Source: a virus. From it: a stretch of DNA of 64,000 nucleotides. The notes under the pieces are model-generated. The model was not told the origin of the DNA. It ran no database searches and was given only the letters and a program-made list of their open reading frames with translations. Shown one piece after another: positions 54,201 to 62,050 of this stretch; within the stretch, counting starts at the first letter, position 1, and every line of letters starts with the position of its first letter. The stretch is from IMG/VR virus record IMGVR_UViG_3300035158_000183, positions 64,001 through 128,000 of that record. One strand, 5' to 3'. The translations under genes were made by a program, and so were the position numbers.

Positions 54201-56060
54201 ATTCCCTGTTAGCTTGGTCTCTGTAATCCAACTAGCTCTTGTTTTGAATTTGATAATATTACCAGAAAACTTTCTTGTAAATATATTGACGACCTTAGCC
54301 TCTTCGCCATCTCTGCCTATTAAGACATCACCAATACGAACTTCATGGGCTTCCTTAAATGTTCCGGCATAACACATTGGAATCATTGAGGAATTCGCCA
54401 AGCACCTCCCGAACTCCCACCACCTACCCTTCCTGATGGGCACTTCCTTCTCACCAGAGTAAATTGCCTCCAGCTCCTCGGAAGTCTCAGTAGTACCCAG
54501 CAAGTTGAGTCCAGGTATAGCCGCCATTAGATTGCCAGAAAGCAGTCCCATGCCAGTGCTAAGGGCGCCCCAGGCTGCCACTCCACCTAGAAACCCTAGA
54601 GCCATTGGGTGCCTAGCCTTAGCAAGCAATCTACCCCCGGGTAGTTTCTTGACAGCTTTACCCAGCTTAGACTCCCATACGGCGTCAGCTATCTTATCAA
54701 CATGTTCTTTACGCAGATCTTCAGTAATATCTGCGAAGGCACGCTCGGGGCCTGCTGCGTGGCGTTGCCGAACTGCTGCACCCAATAAACCACCATAGCC
54801 GGCCAGGCCCCCCGCCAGCATACCTACGCCACCGAACCCTACGGCAGTCTTAAGGGATACCAGCCCAGGTGTCACAGCTTCCTGTTCTCGCAATGATTCT
54901 GATAGACCCAAAGCTTCTGATGCTCTTGCCCGTGCAAGGTTCAAATCAGTAAACATAGAAGCGACGCCGTAGAATAGACCTTCATCAAATCTAGGGGCTA
55001 GGGCCGTATAGAGACCGGTTGCCGCCCCAATAGCCAGACCAGCAGGTCTAAACATTTGTCCTGGTCGCTTGAACAGAAAGGCGCCAGCTGCGGCACCACC
55101 GGCAGTACCAAGGGCTGGTGCCCAAGCACTACCTTCCGCCCTCAAATAATCGTAATATTCTAGACCCTTATACGCAGCGGCCAGTCCTAAACCTTTCATC
55201 ATATACCGGCCGGCCATCTGCATAGCAGAGCCAGGCTGGACCTTCATGCTGCTGACCACAGGTATACGATTTAGGATAGGAAACACCTCGAACGGCTTCG
55301 AGAGTAGCATGTTAAGACGGCCCGCCGTAGTAGCCGCCTTGGCACGCATCAGCTTCCCAAGTATTTCACCCTTAGCCACTCGGCGCTGCATCTTCTCACT
55401 GAGCTGTATATCTTTACCAAAAATCCTAATCTTCTCGCGGAACTTGGCTCCCAATATCAGCTTGCGACGTCTCTCCGAAGGAGCCATCTCATCCAGCCAC
55501 TCCTTGTAGTCTATCGGGAGATCTAGCATCTCATATTCGCTTCTTAATAGAGCCTCATTGAGTGACTGATATTCTCCTAGTTTGGTCTTGCTAAGCCGTG
55601 CGTAGTAGTCGGCAATGGCAGAACCCTTCTGAGTGCCTGCAGTGATCTGCAGCCCCATCCCGATAGCTTTACTCTCGCGCGTTACATCACCAAATATCGC
55701 ACCGGTACGCTCCATCGTCAGACCGCCACCTGTACCAAAGATATTTCGGAGATATCCTCCGTACTGGCCTGCAGCCTTCAGCTGGGCCTCTGGCAGATCT
55801 ATTCTAGACCAGGTTTCTAGGGGCGATAGGAACTCAGAGATACGGAAGGTTCTGAGTATAGCTGCAGGGAAGGCTGTCTCGGCTGTTCTAATTCCCTGTA
55901 GGTAAACATCCCACAGTCTCCCGCCACCGTAAGGTATAAATCCAGACGCCATTATACCTGCACTAGCGAATCCCAGTTTAGCTAGCGGGGATAGTGTCTC
56001 GCTTGGTTGTGGGGGCTGTGGCCCGAAGGCTGTTATCGGATCAGCTGGCAATAATTTCAC
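48228..56060 (-). CDS. Tape-measure-position / ejection protein interrupted by three inteins (1391 aa after splicing)
   Basis: 2610 aa directly after the tail chaperones. Several Gly/Ala-rich hydrophobic helices in the first ~520 aa, three C...HN|S inteins, and a degenerate SNase-like domain at about 50570-50852. Confidence 0.75.
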   Translation of the reverse strand: MKLLPADPITAFGPQPPQPSETLSPLAKLGFASAGIMASGFIPYGGGRLWDVYLQGIRTAETAFPAAILRTFRISEFLSPLETWSRIDLPEAQLKAAGQYGGYLRNIFGTGGGLTMERTGAIFGDVTRESKAIGMGLQITAGTQKGSAIADYYARLSKTKLGEYQSLNEALLRSEYEMLDLPIDYKEWLDEMAPSERRRKLILGAKFREKIRIFGKDIQLSEKMQRRVAKGEILGKLMRAKAATTAGRLNMLLSKPFEVFPILNRIPVVSSMKVQPGSAMQMAGRYMMKGLGLAAAYKGLEYYDYLRAEGSAWAPALGTAGGAAAGAFLFKRPGQMFRPAGLAIGAATGLYTALAPRFDEGLFYGVASMFTDLNLARARASEALGLSESLREQEAVTPGLVSLKTAVGFGGVGMLAGGLAGYGGLLGAAVRQRHAAGPERAFADITEDLRKEHVDKIADAVWESKLGKAVKKLPGGRLLAKARHPMALGFLGGVAAWGALSTGMGLLSGNLMAAIPGLNLLGTTETSEELEAIYSGEKEVPIRKGRWWEFGRCLANSSMIPMCYAGTFKEAHEVRIGDVLIGRDGEEAKVVNIFTRKFSGNIIKFKTRASWITETKLTGNHKVPVLRGEEIVEVEAKGLRVNDRVEIPIPQLKETSTELISEDLIKTGLFLICEDILLPAQKNWYSGKVQRSRGASIPRVVTLTPELGRLFGYFLAEGNISYKNDIPHMIETVHAKSERWIVDDVVSISEKEFGITPTVRFKKGKKKTNEGCWVVRICSSLLARMFFELFYNSERQQDKIFPQVFMSAPKAFKEQLVEGYRRGDGHLDQRTCVISSCRRGLLDAIFSILLNLGEYPYLCKFEKNDYRGRHRIKWTPGRIPYFYKVCNSKLYSVICAIETEDYDDIVYDFEVDHPDHLFQAGTFLVHNSTPYEGGRIEYYRPHFMERLRTRAFQKGMYGTEEEKWEHDPWLHPLKALFGSDEWKYHYERKYQYERPAPLAGTYGKDVPFFGPLVAATVGKALKPRKLIRPEEWMLDEGEYVHRPDVRKETEPAYELGGLRPGAPVVPEEGSQLFNELMYRRREAVGLVGFAEGAIEHAMTGREEFFQNLQTLGVMGKETGSEYWLWSHLNVGGALGACLPAGEKVFTPDGLKNIEDIQVGDAVYDHRMKTKQVLNVFERICGSDEQMITINTRVGNKTVRVTGNHPVAVYKRIPCRDSHARPCTPHSPKKHCSVCGLCDTEIAWQWVRADAIEPNDFVVMPLPGGITSEDISIDFGPYAASTATVTDDYIYSRATKHFAKAIEALENNPLMSRKDLREIVPDQYAKEALNSYRKKHSPKRTPRKVVFGRDLAWFVGWWIAEGSADPQAGDITFTLALEELDIAHILGEIYTARFGFSYNISTKPEQGSCALRLHNIPLARWLKQFGTDAGTKKLAWLIDLPISLLPKLIAGLIGGDGWSNKEKYSGGFTSKSNRLVRDLWIVLARLGVFATVTDDYLEIPKPNNQYPQGEQRKPTLRSYLKFSKDQHDRYCRIILDNDWEESFEHSNGRQFTQDGFLYYSVRNVKAEPATGVKVFDIEVEESHCFVGDYLLLHNSEPVRRFIPRTRSYLETYNPLKNTMPSWMPEDYFLDLKYGNPFQKIKEAEIRLPGPGYEALHPEVAGVHPEEYPLVHRLKILGDVAMWSDEYKWTLQKAKRNFGRLSDQDKQLVRTVEEQVKSRKQRRKITEYRFRPELLGTRDITVTEVLDPRRIKAAEFGDMVIELQGVGAITNMQKAMDFATEHFEGQKITIKAPQMESRRYDVTKRGSRMKAVAMMGDQDYGQVLAEQKYAEAKELRDEFEQLRFTPAERLAGRMSETILHGIETPMEYLTPMSPASKLIRQRSAIEEYIASEAIGTQAAFWNRPVENFLQPAADMALHAIGFNRIPEQIRQRRDINEYFDMLDWVKAERAERIARHNNRWSDVREEQELQQRTMFGLDVFGSPVAAMRALPRRERDFFAAFTGARSPEEREEILSLIPENEQRLYMSKWLQQEAGAARAKEQAGIATKEDEQTLITTALMRKTEGFGATPEMEEQWRAETDGKIPFDEWIRELKAKEYFKTHSLPGADWLGWCVPPKQDILTSDGRILHASDVKLDQSLTTLQGENQVKQVFERQTNEDIIIVKTHHNSVYCMAATENHIVLGIQTERCKYNLKPESVCTHATTMWKCNFCTTKHYESYSAKWMPIGKLTTNTYLPIPLLKHTDEDPVIDIGKLNCFPNNTLILDDTLRPKTGRIKPINRFIKLDEATCWLIGYYLAGGNTWAVGDRMRGVQFTAHIDEVPILELAQKIIKDKFGLDSIIRFKKKPKSESAYLVVANSIFGWLINHWVGRYCDQKYSPSWLENITQKSQAALLDGLNTGDASKDERGRLILANRQLCYMAKRLYEAQGIPASLHGPKKRNGKAQYAVESLSSSLSAIVGENFIAYRVETIERSQYEGTVLDFEVEDQHMYCSPIGIYHNSPSVDMEDVKLQYVQMAGLDHHEFDLWGARKRALARKPYINEDLIRDMQARAELEDVMIHKLNAETLAKVHGGSGSRVMRCGLATKGPDEYDIEIVDSRDELVRETHKRMGVR
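48570..49730 (-). mobile_element. Intein 3 with probably degenerate LAGLIDADG endonuclease (387 aa)
   Basis: Junctions DWLGW|CVPPKQDILTSDG and PIGIYHN|SPSV. Block B ATENHIV, motifs LIGYYLAGGN and LLDGLNTGDAS, block F VLDFEVED. Confidence 0.93.
51282..52652 (-). mobile_element. Intein 2 with LAGLIDADG homing endonuclease (457 aa)
   Basis: Junctions GGALGA|CLPAGEKVFTPDGLKNIEDIQVGD and DYLLLHN|SEPV. Block B VTGNHPV, LAGLIDADG motifs FVGWWIAEGS and LIAGLIGGDGW, block F VFDIEVEE. Confidence 0.95.
53280..54404 (-). mobile_element. Intein 1 with LAGLIDADG homing endonuclease (375 aa)
   Basis: Junctions WWEFGR|CLANSSMI and AGTFLVHN|STPY. Block B LTGNHKV, LAGLIDADG motifs LFGYFLAEGN and LVEGYRRGDGH, block F VYDFEVD. 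AT-richer than the exteins. Confidence 0.95.
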
Positions 56061-56773
56061 CTGCCTCGGCGATACATTTTGCGCTTAAATTCCAGCTCTT
56101 GCTGTCTGGCACGCTGGATAGCTTCTTCTCTAATCTTCTGCATACGTGCTCTACCCTCAGGATCTTCGTCGGCCGGCCTATCAAACTCTTGATATGCTTC
56201 GGTATCTTGCCTAAGCACATCTTCTACCAGATATGGCTTCTCCACCTCATCCTCAGGCTTCTGAAATGCATGTTCTTCTTCTATTATACCGCGATCTAAC
56301 AGGACTTTCTCGGCTTGGATGAAGTTATAGACTAGCTGTTGATAGTTGAGGCTGTCCAGAGATTCGAATGTATATCCAGCAAATACAATGCAGATTACAC
56401 GCTTCATGTAATCGGCAGTAACATTCAGCTGTTTCCGGTAGGTCTTGTATAGCTCTTCGGTATAATCTTGAGAATCAACATCTACACCTGACAAAAACAG
56501 TGCAAGCCTGGCAGTGGTCTCTGAGATGCCTGCCGGTAACTGATTGAAATTCTTCTCAGTTTGCCACTCATTCTCGACTATCTGCTCGAAGATACTATCA
56601 TATATAGCACTTTTCAGGCTAACCTTGGGGGCCATATCCAGAAGCAAGGCATATTGGCTGGCCTGCTTTATAGATGGCAGACGGAAGATAACCTCTACAC
56701 CCTCTACTTCGAAGGCATACAGGTCTTCGGATTTCTTCTGGATTGCCTCCAGGGCCCGCGTGAGACCATCCAT
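56057..56773 (-). CDS. Tail assembly chaperone-like protein 2
   Basis: 238 aa. VIFRLPS...LPAGISETTARLALFLSG is paralogous to the upstream gene. Lies between the tube genes and the tape-measure-position gene. Confidence 0.6.
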   Translation of the reverse strand: MDGLTRALEAIQKKSEDLYAFEVEGVEVIFRLPSIKQASQYALLLDMAPKVSLKSAIYDSIFEQIVENEWQTEKNFNQLPAGISETTARLALFLSGVDVDSQDYTEELYKTYRKQLNVTADYMKRVICIVFAGYTFESLDSLNYQQLVYNFIQAEKVLLDRGIIEEEHAFQKPEDEVEKPYLVEDVLRQDTEAYQEFDRPADEDPEGRARMQKIREEAIQRARQQELEFKRKMYRRGR

Positions 56774-56776
56774 CGG

Positions 56777-57517
56777 CTACATCTTGATAGTCATCTGGGC
56801 GACGAACCCTGGCTCCAGGAATAGACTCTGGAGACGGACCTGCTGGACAACCATCCCCATAGCACCAGCGGGTAGTGCCGCTCGCTGTACAGGATCCATC
56901 CCAGGCCACAGGACACACTTATCAAAGATCATTTCTTCGACCTGATGCTCCTGCATCTCGTTGAATCGCGGGTTTGCGTTGATCTGAATCCACTCCTGGC
57001 GCTTCAGATAACGGTAAATAAACACATGATTCTCGATGTTTAGCAGGAATACGTCCCCATGCATACGCTTCCACTCCATTATTGCCTGTGGACCTGGAGC
57101 ATTGGGATTGATTTGCTTCAGCCTCTCACAGATAGCCTTGACTCTCTCCACAGGGTCCTCTGGGAAGTCCTCAGGCGGCTCCTGGGGAGATGTAGTCGCT
57201 GGTGCGACCTCTGAAGCCTCCGGCATCTGTGGGACGGCTGTAGCGGTCTCTGGGGCCGCTGGGGGAACCTCAGGGACTGCTGCAGGCGGAGCGTTATTAG
57301 CTTCCGCATCAGCTACCTGCTCGGCCGTGAGCATACCGGCACCGCCGCCGAATCCAGCTGCACTCATAGCAGCCTTGTCCGCACCCATGTCAAAGGGCTT
57401 GTCGTCGCCATAGACCTCACTGAAAGACTTCTTGCCAGCCTTCATCATCTTCTCGGCCTTACGGGCGAGTTCCTGCTCTCGTGGCCCTACCGCCACTTTG
57501 CGTTTCTGTTTAGTCAT
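56777..57517 (-). CDS. Tail assembly chaperone-like protein 1
   Basis: 246 aa. Disordered Pro/Ala/Glu N-terminal half, then IMEWKRMHGDVF...FIYRYLKRQEW...KCVLWP...LPAG. Confidence 0.65.
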   Translation of the reverse strand: MTKQKRKVAVGPREQELARKAEKMMKAGKKSFSEVYGDDKPFDMGADKAAMSAAGFGGGAGMLTAEQVADAEANNAPPAAVPEVPPAAPETATAVPQMPEASEVAPATTSPQEPPEDFPEDPVERVKAICERLKQINPNAPGPQAIMEWKRMHGDVFLLNIENHVFIYRYLKRQEWIQINANPRFNEMQEHQVEEMIFDKCVLWPGMDPVQRAALPAGAMGMVVQQVRLQSLFLEPGFVAQMTIKM

Positions 57518-57532
57518 GTTGTAACTCCTTGG

Positions 57533-58399
57533 TTAAACGATATTTCTTGCTATGAATTGGAACTCTTCTAGGATGGGCTCCCCTGAGACTTCTATTGACT
57601 GAGATTGCCCCGTGAAGGAGACATCCATGAGTTTCTTGACTGTATGATTGGCAGACGGCTTGCTGGTGTCGCCGTACACGATCCAAATGTCTATAGGTGG
57701 GTACTGGTCTGCTCTGCGGTGCGAAAGAGCATCCTCAGTGGCCAACAGCTGGTCCTCAGGGAGGTTTTTACTAAAGAGCCGCTCCCTGAGCAGGGGGTTG
57801 GCAGTATCACTGCCATACCATATGGCATCCTCAAATACTTCCGCCCACTGCTCGAACCTATCGTCTGGTAAGTTACCGAGATCTCTAAAGAATTGATTGT
57901 ATGCCTGCTGGGCATTCTTCTTATCCTTAGCAGCAGCCCATTCCATGGACTGCTCCACATTGGCCTTCATAGTCTTATGTTTCTCAGCTTCACGAGCAGC
58001 TGAAAGGAATGTGCCAGGTGTGTCTCCTACCCTATATCCTTTAGTCAGACGGCCTTCCTTATTCAGGGTGTAGCGGGGAGTAGTCCACTCTCCACCAAGT
58101 TTGAGGTTCTGGTAGCGTATCATCGGATAGCTGAGATATCCGGATTCCTTGAAGGCCAACATGATAGCTCCTTGTACCACAACCTTGCCTTCTCCTACAA
58201 ATGAATAGTACTGGCTGGCGTATCCCCATACAGGTGTCTTCTGCTGAACCGCATTAAAGCTTACAGCGACAGCTGAGTCTATGACTACATCTCCGAACAT
58301 CACATTGATCTGTGACCCAGAGAAGTAATCGTACTCATACGTTGTCTCCCCTACGAATGGAGGAGTAATAAGCTCGCCTTTATGGTTCCTGAGTGCCAT
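57533..58399 (-). CDS. Tail tube-fold paralogue (tube initiator-like)
   Basis: YFSGSQINV...QQKTPVWGYAS...GKVVVQGAI...ADQYPPIDI...FIARNI shares motifs with the tube protein. Confidence 0.7.
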   Translation of the reverse strand: MALRNHKGELITPPFVGETTYEYDYFSGSQINVMFGDVVIDSAVAVSFNAVQQKTPVWGYASQYYSFVGEGKVVVQGAIMLAFKESGYLSYPMIRYQNLKLGGEWTTPRYTLNKEGRLTKGYRVGDTPGTFLSAAREAEKHKTMKANVEQSMEWAAAKDKKNAQQAYNQFFRDLGNLPDDRFEQWAEVFEDAIWYGSDTANPLLRERLFSKNLPEDQLLATEDALSHRRADQYPPIDIWIVYGDTSKPSANHTVKKLMDVSFTGQSQSIEVSGEPILEEFQFIARNIV

Positions 58400-59355
58400 T
58401 AAATAAATGGATTCCTACGTCTGATATGAGCTGAAAACATCTGCTCCTTCATAAGATCAGATGCTGTCTTATTCCAGCTCTTGCTTACCCCATGACCGTC
58501 GATGGCTCGGGTTTCCACAAGCCTCATGGGGTCTAGGTCTCTTGCCACATACTGTACCACGTTCTCTGAGTAGATGTCTTCTATAGAGAAGGTCTGGCCT
58601 TCCTGGAAGAACTCTACCCCCCACAGGCCCATATGAGAAATAGCACCATACTCATTAGCGAAAACCAGGCTGATATCAATGGGAGGCATCTGGTCGGCCA
58701 GCATGGTGGTGTAAAGCTGATTGTCGAAGTCACTAGAGCCAGTACTAAACTGTCTAAGTTTAAGCCGCATAATGTCTGCGAATACGTGTTCATGGAAGAT
58801 AGTAAATACCATACTACCTGAGATAGTACGAGGCCCTCTGGTATATGCACGCGGATACACAGCCCCCAAGGGTCGGACTGGAGCTTTATCCCTAAAACTG
58901 CCTATAGAGATAGTCTGAATGTCTCCCAGTGTCTTGGATGTAGGTAAATTCCGGATGTTTTGCAGGATTGCATCCAGTTCACTCAATTCACTATTTCTTA
59001 CCTGCTGAGCTTGTATATAGTCGGCAAGCTGTTTGGTGGTCAAGATCTCCCGATTGTTTTCATACCAAATTTCTGCCTTTATGGCCTCTTTCTCTATCGC
59101 CCACATCTCGTCCAGCAACAGCTTGTCGTCTATAGGGTCATGGGGATAGTGAACTACTACCTTGATGTCAGCGCCACTATATGTCCCATAGAATTTGGCG
59201 TAATCTGATACGACAGCAGGATTCTTGCTATTCTGGGCCTTCTTGGCCATAGGGCTATCCGGATGTGGCGGCGGGGGTGGCTTATACACATAGTGTCGTG
59301 CAAGGGCGTCCTCGCTGGGCATGGGGCGCTTGGCGACTATACTAGAATAAACCAT
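58399..59355 (-). CDS. Tail tube-fold paralogue (tube initiator-like)
   Basis: YSGADIK...IQTISI...RDKAPVRPLG...TRGPRTISGSMVF...ADQMPPIDISLVFANEYG is a clear paralogue of the tube protein. Confidence 0.75.
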   Translation of the reverse strand: MVYSSIVAKRPMPSEDALARHYVYKPPPPPHPDSPMAKKAQNSKNPAVVSDYAKFYGTYSGADIKVVVHYPHDPIDDKLLLDEMWAIEKEAIKAEIWYENNREILTTKQLADYIQAQQVRNSELSELDAILQNIRNLPTSKTLGDIQTISIGSFRDKAPVRPLGAVYPRAYTRGPRTISGSMVFTIFHEHVFADIMRLKLRQFSTGSSDFDNQLYTTMLADQMPPIDISLVFANEYGAISHMGLWGVEFFQEGQTFSIEDIYSENVVQYVARDLDPMRLVETRAIDGHGVSKSWNKTASDLMKEQMFSAHIRRRNPFI

Positions 59356-59380
59356 ATTTTAGACCTTCAGGAGATGGGAG

Positions 59381-59410
59381 AACCGGGTCAGGCTTAGTCC
59401 TGACCCGGTT
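59381..59410 (-). terminator. Perfect 12-bp hairpin downstream of the tube gene (terminator or RNA-stabilising stem)
   Basis: AACCGGGTCAGG-cttagt-CCTGACCCGGTT, 21 nt after the tube stop codon. Followed on the minus strand by CTCCCATCTCC, with no long U tract. Confidence 0.6.
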
Positions 59411-59431
59411 TATGGGCAGATTGAACACAGA

Positions 59432-60112
59432 TTACGATGGGTTAATACCCTGCATTGCTACGTGCTGACCCTGGGACTGCCAAGGAAGCATACCGTGAGC
59501 AATATATGTGAAACTGTGCTCGGAGACAATATCGTCAACTGATACCCCGTAGCCGGAGTTCATCAGCTCGACGCCTAGAATCTTCATGATGGCTAGTGCG
59601 CCGTACTCATTTGCAGCTGCTAGTACGATATCGAATGGTGGAATCTGGTCAGCGTACCATGGAATCGCTGGCTTCTGATCAGAACCTGCCGATGTTATCT
59701 CACTCTCCTGCTGTTGTGCTGTAGCACCCGGGACGTTGATACCTTCAGGATCTGCCGCTACACTTGTCTCTCCGACAACGATTTCCTGACTGTACTCTGG
59801 ACGCAGGTCGTCTACATCGGACAGGAAGTAGAGGCGTCTTGCTTCTTCTCCTGGTGCTCGGTTCGCAAGCTCCCACATCAATGGGTCTTCGTCGAACTGG
59901 ATGAATACCAGTGACCCTGCGATGCCACGCTTGCCTCTTGCGAAGGCACGTGGGTCCGCAGATCCCATTGTATAGATGGGCGCTTTCTCTCGAGAGATAG
60001 AATAGCTGATTCCCTGTAGGGTACCGATCACCTTGGTCCCGAATGTGGCCTTGATGTCGATCCCAGAGAAGCTATTATACCCTCTGGTGAATTCGCTCTG
60101 TTGTACTGCCAT
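59432..60112 (-). CDS. Major tail tube protein
   Basis: Directly after the sheath gene with a GGAGG RBS. SFSGIDIKATFG...LQGISYSISREKAPIYTMGSADPRAFARGKRGIAGSLVF...ADQIPPFDI...ANEYG. Confidence 0.8.
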   Translation of the reverse strand: MAVQQSEFTRGYNSFSGIDIKATFGTKVIGTLQGISYSISREKAPIYTMGSADPRAFARGKRGIAGSLVFIQFDEDPLMWELANRAPGEEARRLYFLSDVDDLRPEYSQEIVVGETSVAADPEGINVPGATAQQQESEITSAGSDQKPAIPWYADQIPPFDIVLAAANEYGALAIMKILGVELMNSGYGVSVDDIVSEHSFTYIAHGMLPWQSQGQHVAMQGINPS

Positions 60113-60133
60113 AGTCTATCTCGACCTCCCTAG

Positions 60134-62050
60134 TTAGCCTGATTTCGAAACCGAAACCGTTACTGTGACCTGACGCAGCTCGAAAGCTGGGATCAGAGTC
60201 AGATTGATATCAGCTTTACCCTGAACCTCCATCTGAGGTGTCTGGATAATCTCGAATGGACGGTAGTCCTGGAGGTAACGAGCTGTCTTGGCTGCCAAGA
60301 GAACCTTCTCTACAGATGTCTGCATAGAGGCCCTTGTGGCATCCGACATACCCTCGCCCAGGAACGGATCGACTGCAGCACGTACTCCGTCAATGACGGC
60401 CTTCACAATACGTACTGTGGACAGGCGGTTCCAGTCACTGGTTGGCAGGGCGGCTGTGGGAGCATCTGCTACTACCAGACCAGTTGTCTTCTGGCGGAGG
60501 CAGGTGTACCCGGCACCGGCCATATCATCCAGAGCCTGGAGACCGAGACGGAAGATCAGTGTCGAGTTAGCTACCCGCTTGTTTGTGGGTGCGCTAGCTG
60601 GCGACATGTTGATATAGAACCCGCCGTATGAGGCTGCGAAGCTTGCCGGATAGGCGGTTGAGCTAAAACTGTTTCTGAGCAGTGGGTAATCCACCACAAC
60701 AGAGAAGTATTTACCGAGGTCTACCGGAATCTCGTTATCGTCTTCGATCTCGGCTCCGGAGTCCATGAATTTACCTTCTGTAGCGATGAAGCCACCGCCG
60801 AAGGCACCTGAGCGATGCTCATACTTGCCAGCCATAAACTTATTACCAACCAGACCACTGCCGTTATCATTGGCAGAGGCGATGTGATAGAGGCCAGACG
60901 CCGTATCGAGCGTCCATGTGGGCTCGCGGCCCACCCAACGTGCCTTGTCTACGAGGGAGTTGGAAGCTGGTGGCAGAACGCCAATAACACCCGTCGCATC
61001 CACGACATTGGTGGAGTACTCATACAGGAAGCGGCCCAGCTGATAAGCGAAGTTGACCTCGTGGAAGTCATCTCCAGTCAGAGTTGTGCCGTCAATCTTG
61101 GTTGTGGCTGTTGCAGAACCTGGAGCATCCGTCGGCCATATATCAGCCGAGGCAAATACGCCAGAACCGTCATTGAACCACCACCAGAAGTAGTACTCGC
61201 CCTCATACTCTTCTACGAAGAGCCTACCCAGAGCATCGACATCCTGACCTGGACGATAGCGGCCCTTGGTCGGGTATGTGTTGGCGGATGGAGACTCAGG
61301 CGTAATAGCACCCAGGTAGTGTCCCTGATTAACTACATTGTAGTCATCTAGGTAGACATCCATTGGTACGATCACGTCGAAGTCTGTTTGCTTGATGTTC
61401 TCGTATGCTACGTAAAGCTCCTCGTACATCTCCATTCTGGACATACCCAGGCCATCATCCCCAGCTGTGAAGGAAGTCCCTGCATATGTGCTCGGGTCCA
61501 CGTCTTCGAGGTTGATAAAGGCACTTGCTGAGCCAATGTCCGGTCCGCCACCAGAGTGACGATAACCGCTAACGATTACCTCGTATCTCTCGATGGGGCT
61601 GGTCTCGTCATTATCGAAAACAATGACGTCGTCCGTGTTGCGCTTCACTACCAGGCGGTCGGTACTGTCGTCGTAATACATAGCGTAGTTACCACCAGCA
61701 TCTGCGTCTTGCTCGACAGTCTCAATCTTGTAACCGCCTGCACCACCTGCAGAGTTACCTACACCCTCCAGAATGGCGGGCTTGGAACCAATACGGTACA
61801 TGGCGATTTCGTCTGCGCCTGCAGCTTTGACTTCCCACATACCGCGAAGTAGTGTACCGTCATTGCCAAACTCAGACTTAGCCTGTGTGGTAGAGGGGAC
61901 CAGGTATGTTAGGTGGCCTTGCCCCTTCCCCGATGTACCTACGATCATAGCCCTTGGGGCAACAGCTGTAGCCTCGGGGGCGAGGTTGCCGTCGTTCTTG
62001 TAAACGATCACACCAGCGAGATTTTCATACTGCACGCTTGTGTCGGTCAT
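60134..62050 (-). CDS. Contractile tail sheath protein
   Basis: 638 aa. N-terminal MIVGTSGKG...AKSEFG...GTL, C-terminal SAPTNK...LSTVRIVKAVIDGVRAAVDPFLGE...INLTLIPAFELRQVTVTVSV. Confidence 0.92.
   Translation of the reverse strand: MTDTSVQYENLAGVIVYKNDGNLAPEATAVAPRAMIVGTSGKGQGHLTYLVPSTTQAKSEFGNDGTLLRGMWEVKAAGADEIAMYRIGSKPAILEGVGNSAGGAGGYKIETVEQDADAGGNYAMYYDDSTDRLVVKRNTDDVIVFDNDETSPIERYEVIVSGYRHSGGGPDIGSASAFINLEDVDPSTYAGTSFTAGDDGLGMSRMEMYEELYVAYENIKQTDFDVIVPMDVYLDDYNVVNQGHYLGAITPESPSANTYPTKGRYRPGQDVDALGRLFVEEYEGEYYFWWWFNDGSGVFASADIWPTDAPGSATATTKIDGTTLTGDDFHEVNFAYQLGRFLYEYSTNVVDATGVIGVLPPASNSLVDKARWVGREPTWTLDTASGLYHIASANDNGSGLVGNKFMAGKYEHRSGAFGGGFIATEGKFMDSGAEIEDDNEIPVDLGKYFSVVVDYPLLRNSFSSTAYPASFAASYGGFYINMSPASAPTNKRVANSTLIFRLGLQALDDMAGAGYTCLRQKTTGLVVADAPTAALPTSDWNRLSTVRIVKAVIDGVRAAVDPFLGEGMSDATRASMQTSVEKVLLAAKTARYLQDYRPFEIIQTPQMEVQGKADINLTLIPAFELRQVTVTVSVSKSG

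Noticed and set aside
56700-56830. Programmed -1 frameshift between the tail chaperone genes
   Set aside because: No clear slippery heptamer near the end of the first gene. The second gene has its own ATG 3 nt after the stop and is itself a full paralogue.
34759-62050. Contractile injection system (eCIS/tailocin/T6SS) rather than a phage
   Set aside because: Neck/head-tail adaptor genes, homing inteins, an RNAP-like gene and the very large fibre set fit a large phage. No eCIS ATPase or T6SS membrane genes are seen. Capsid and terminase genes are outside the window, so the alternative is not formally excluded.
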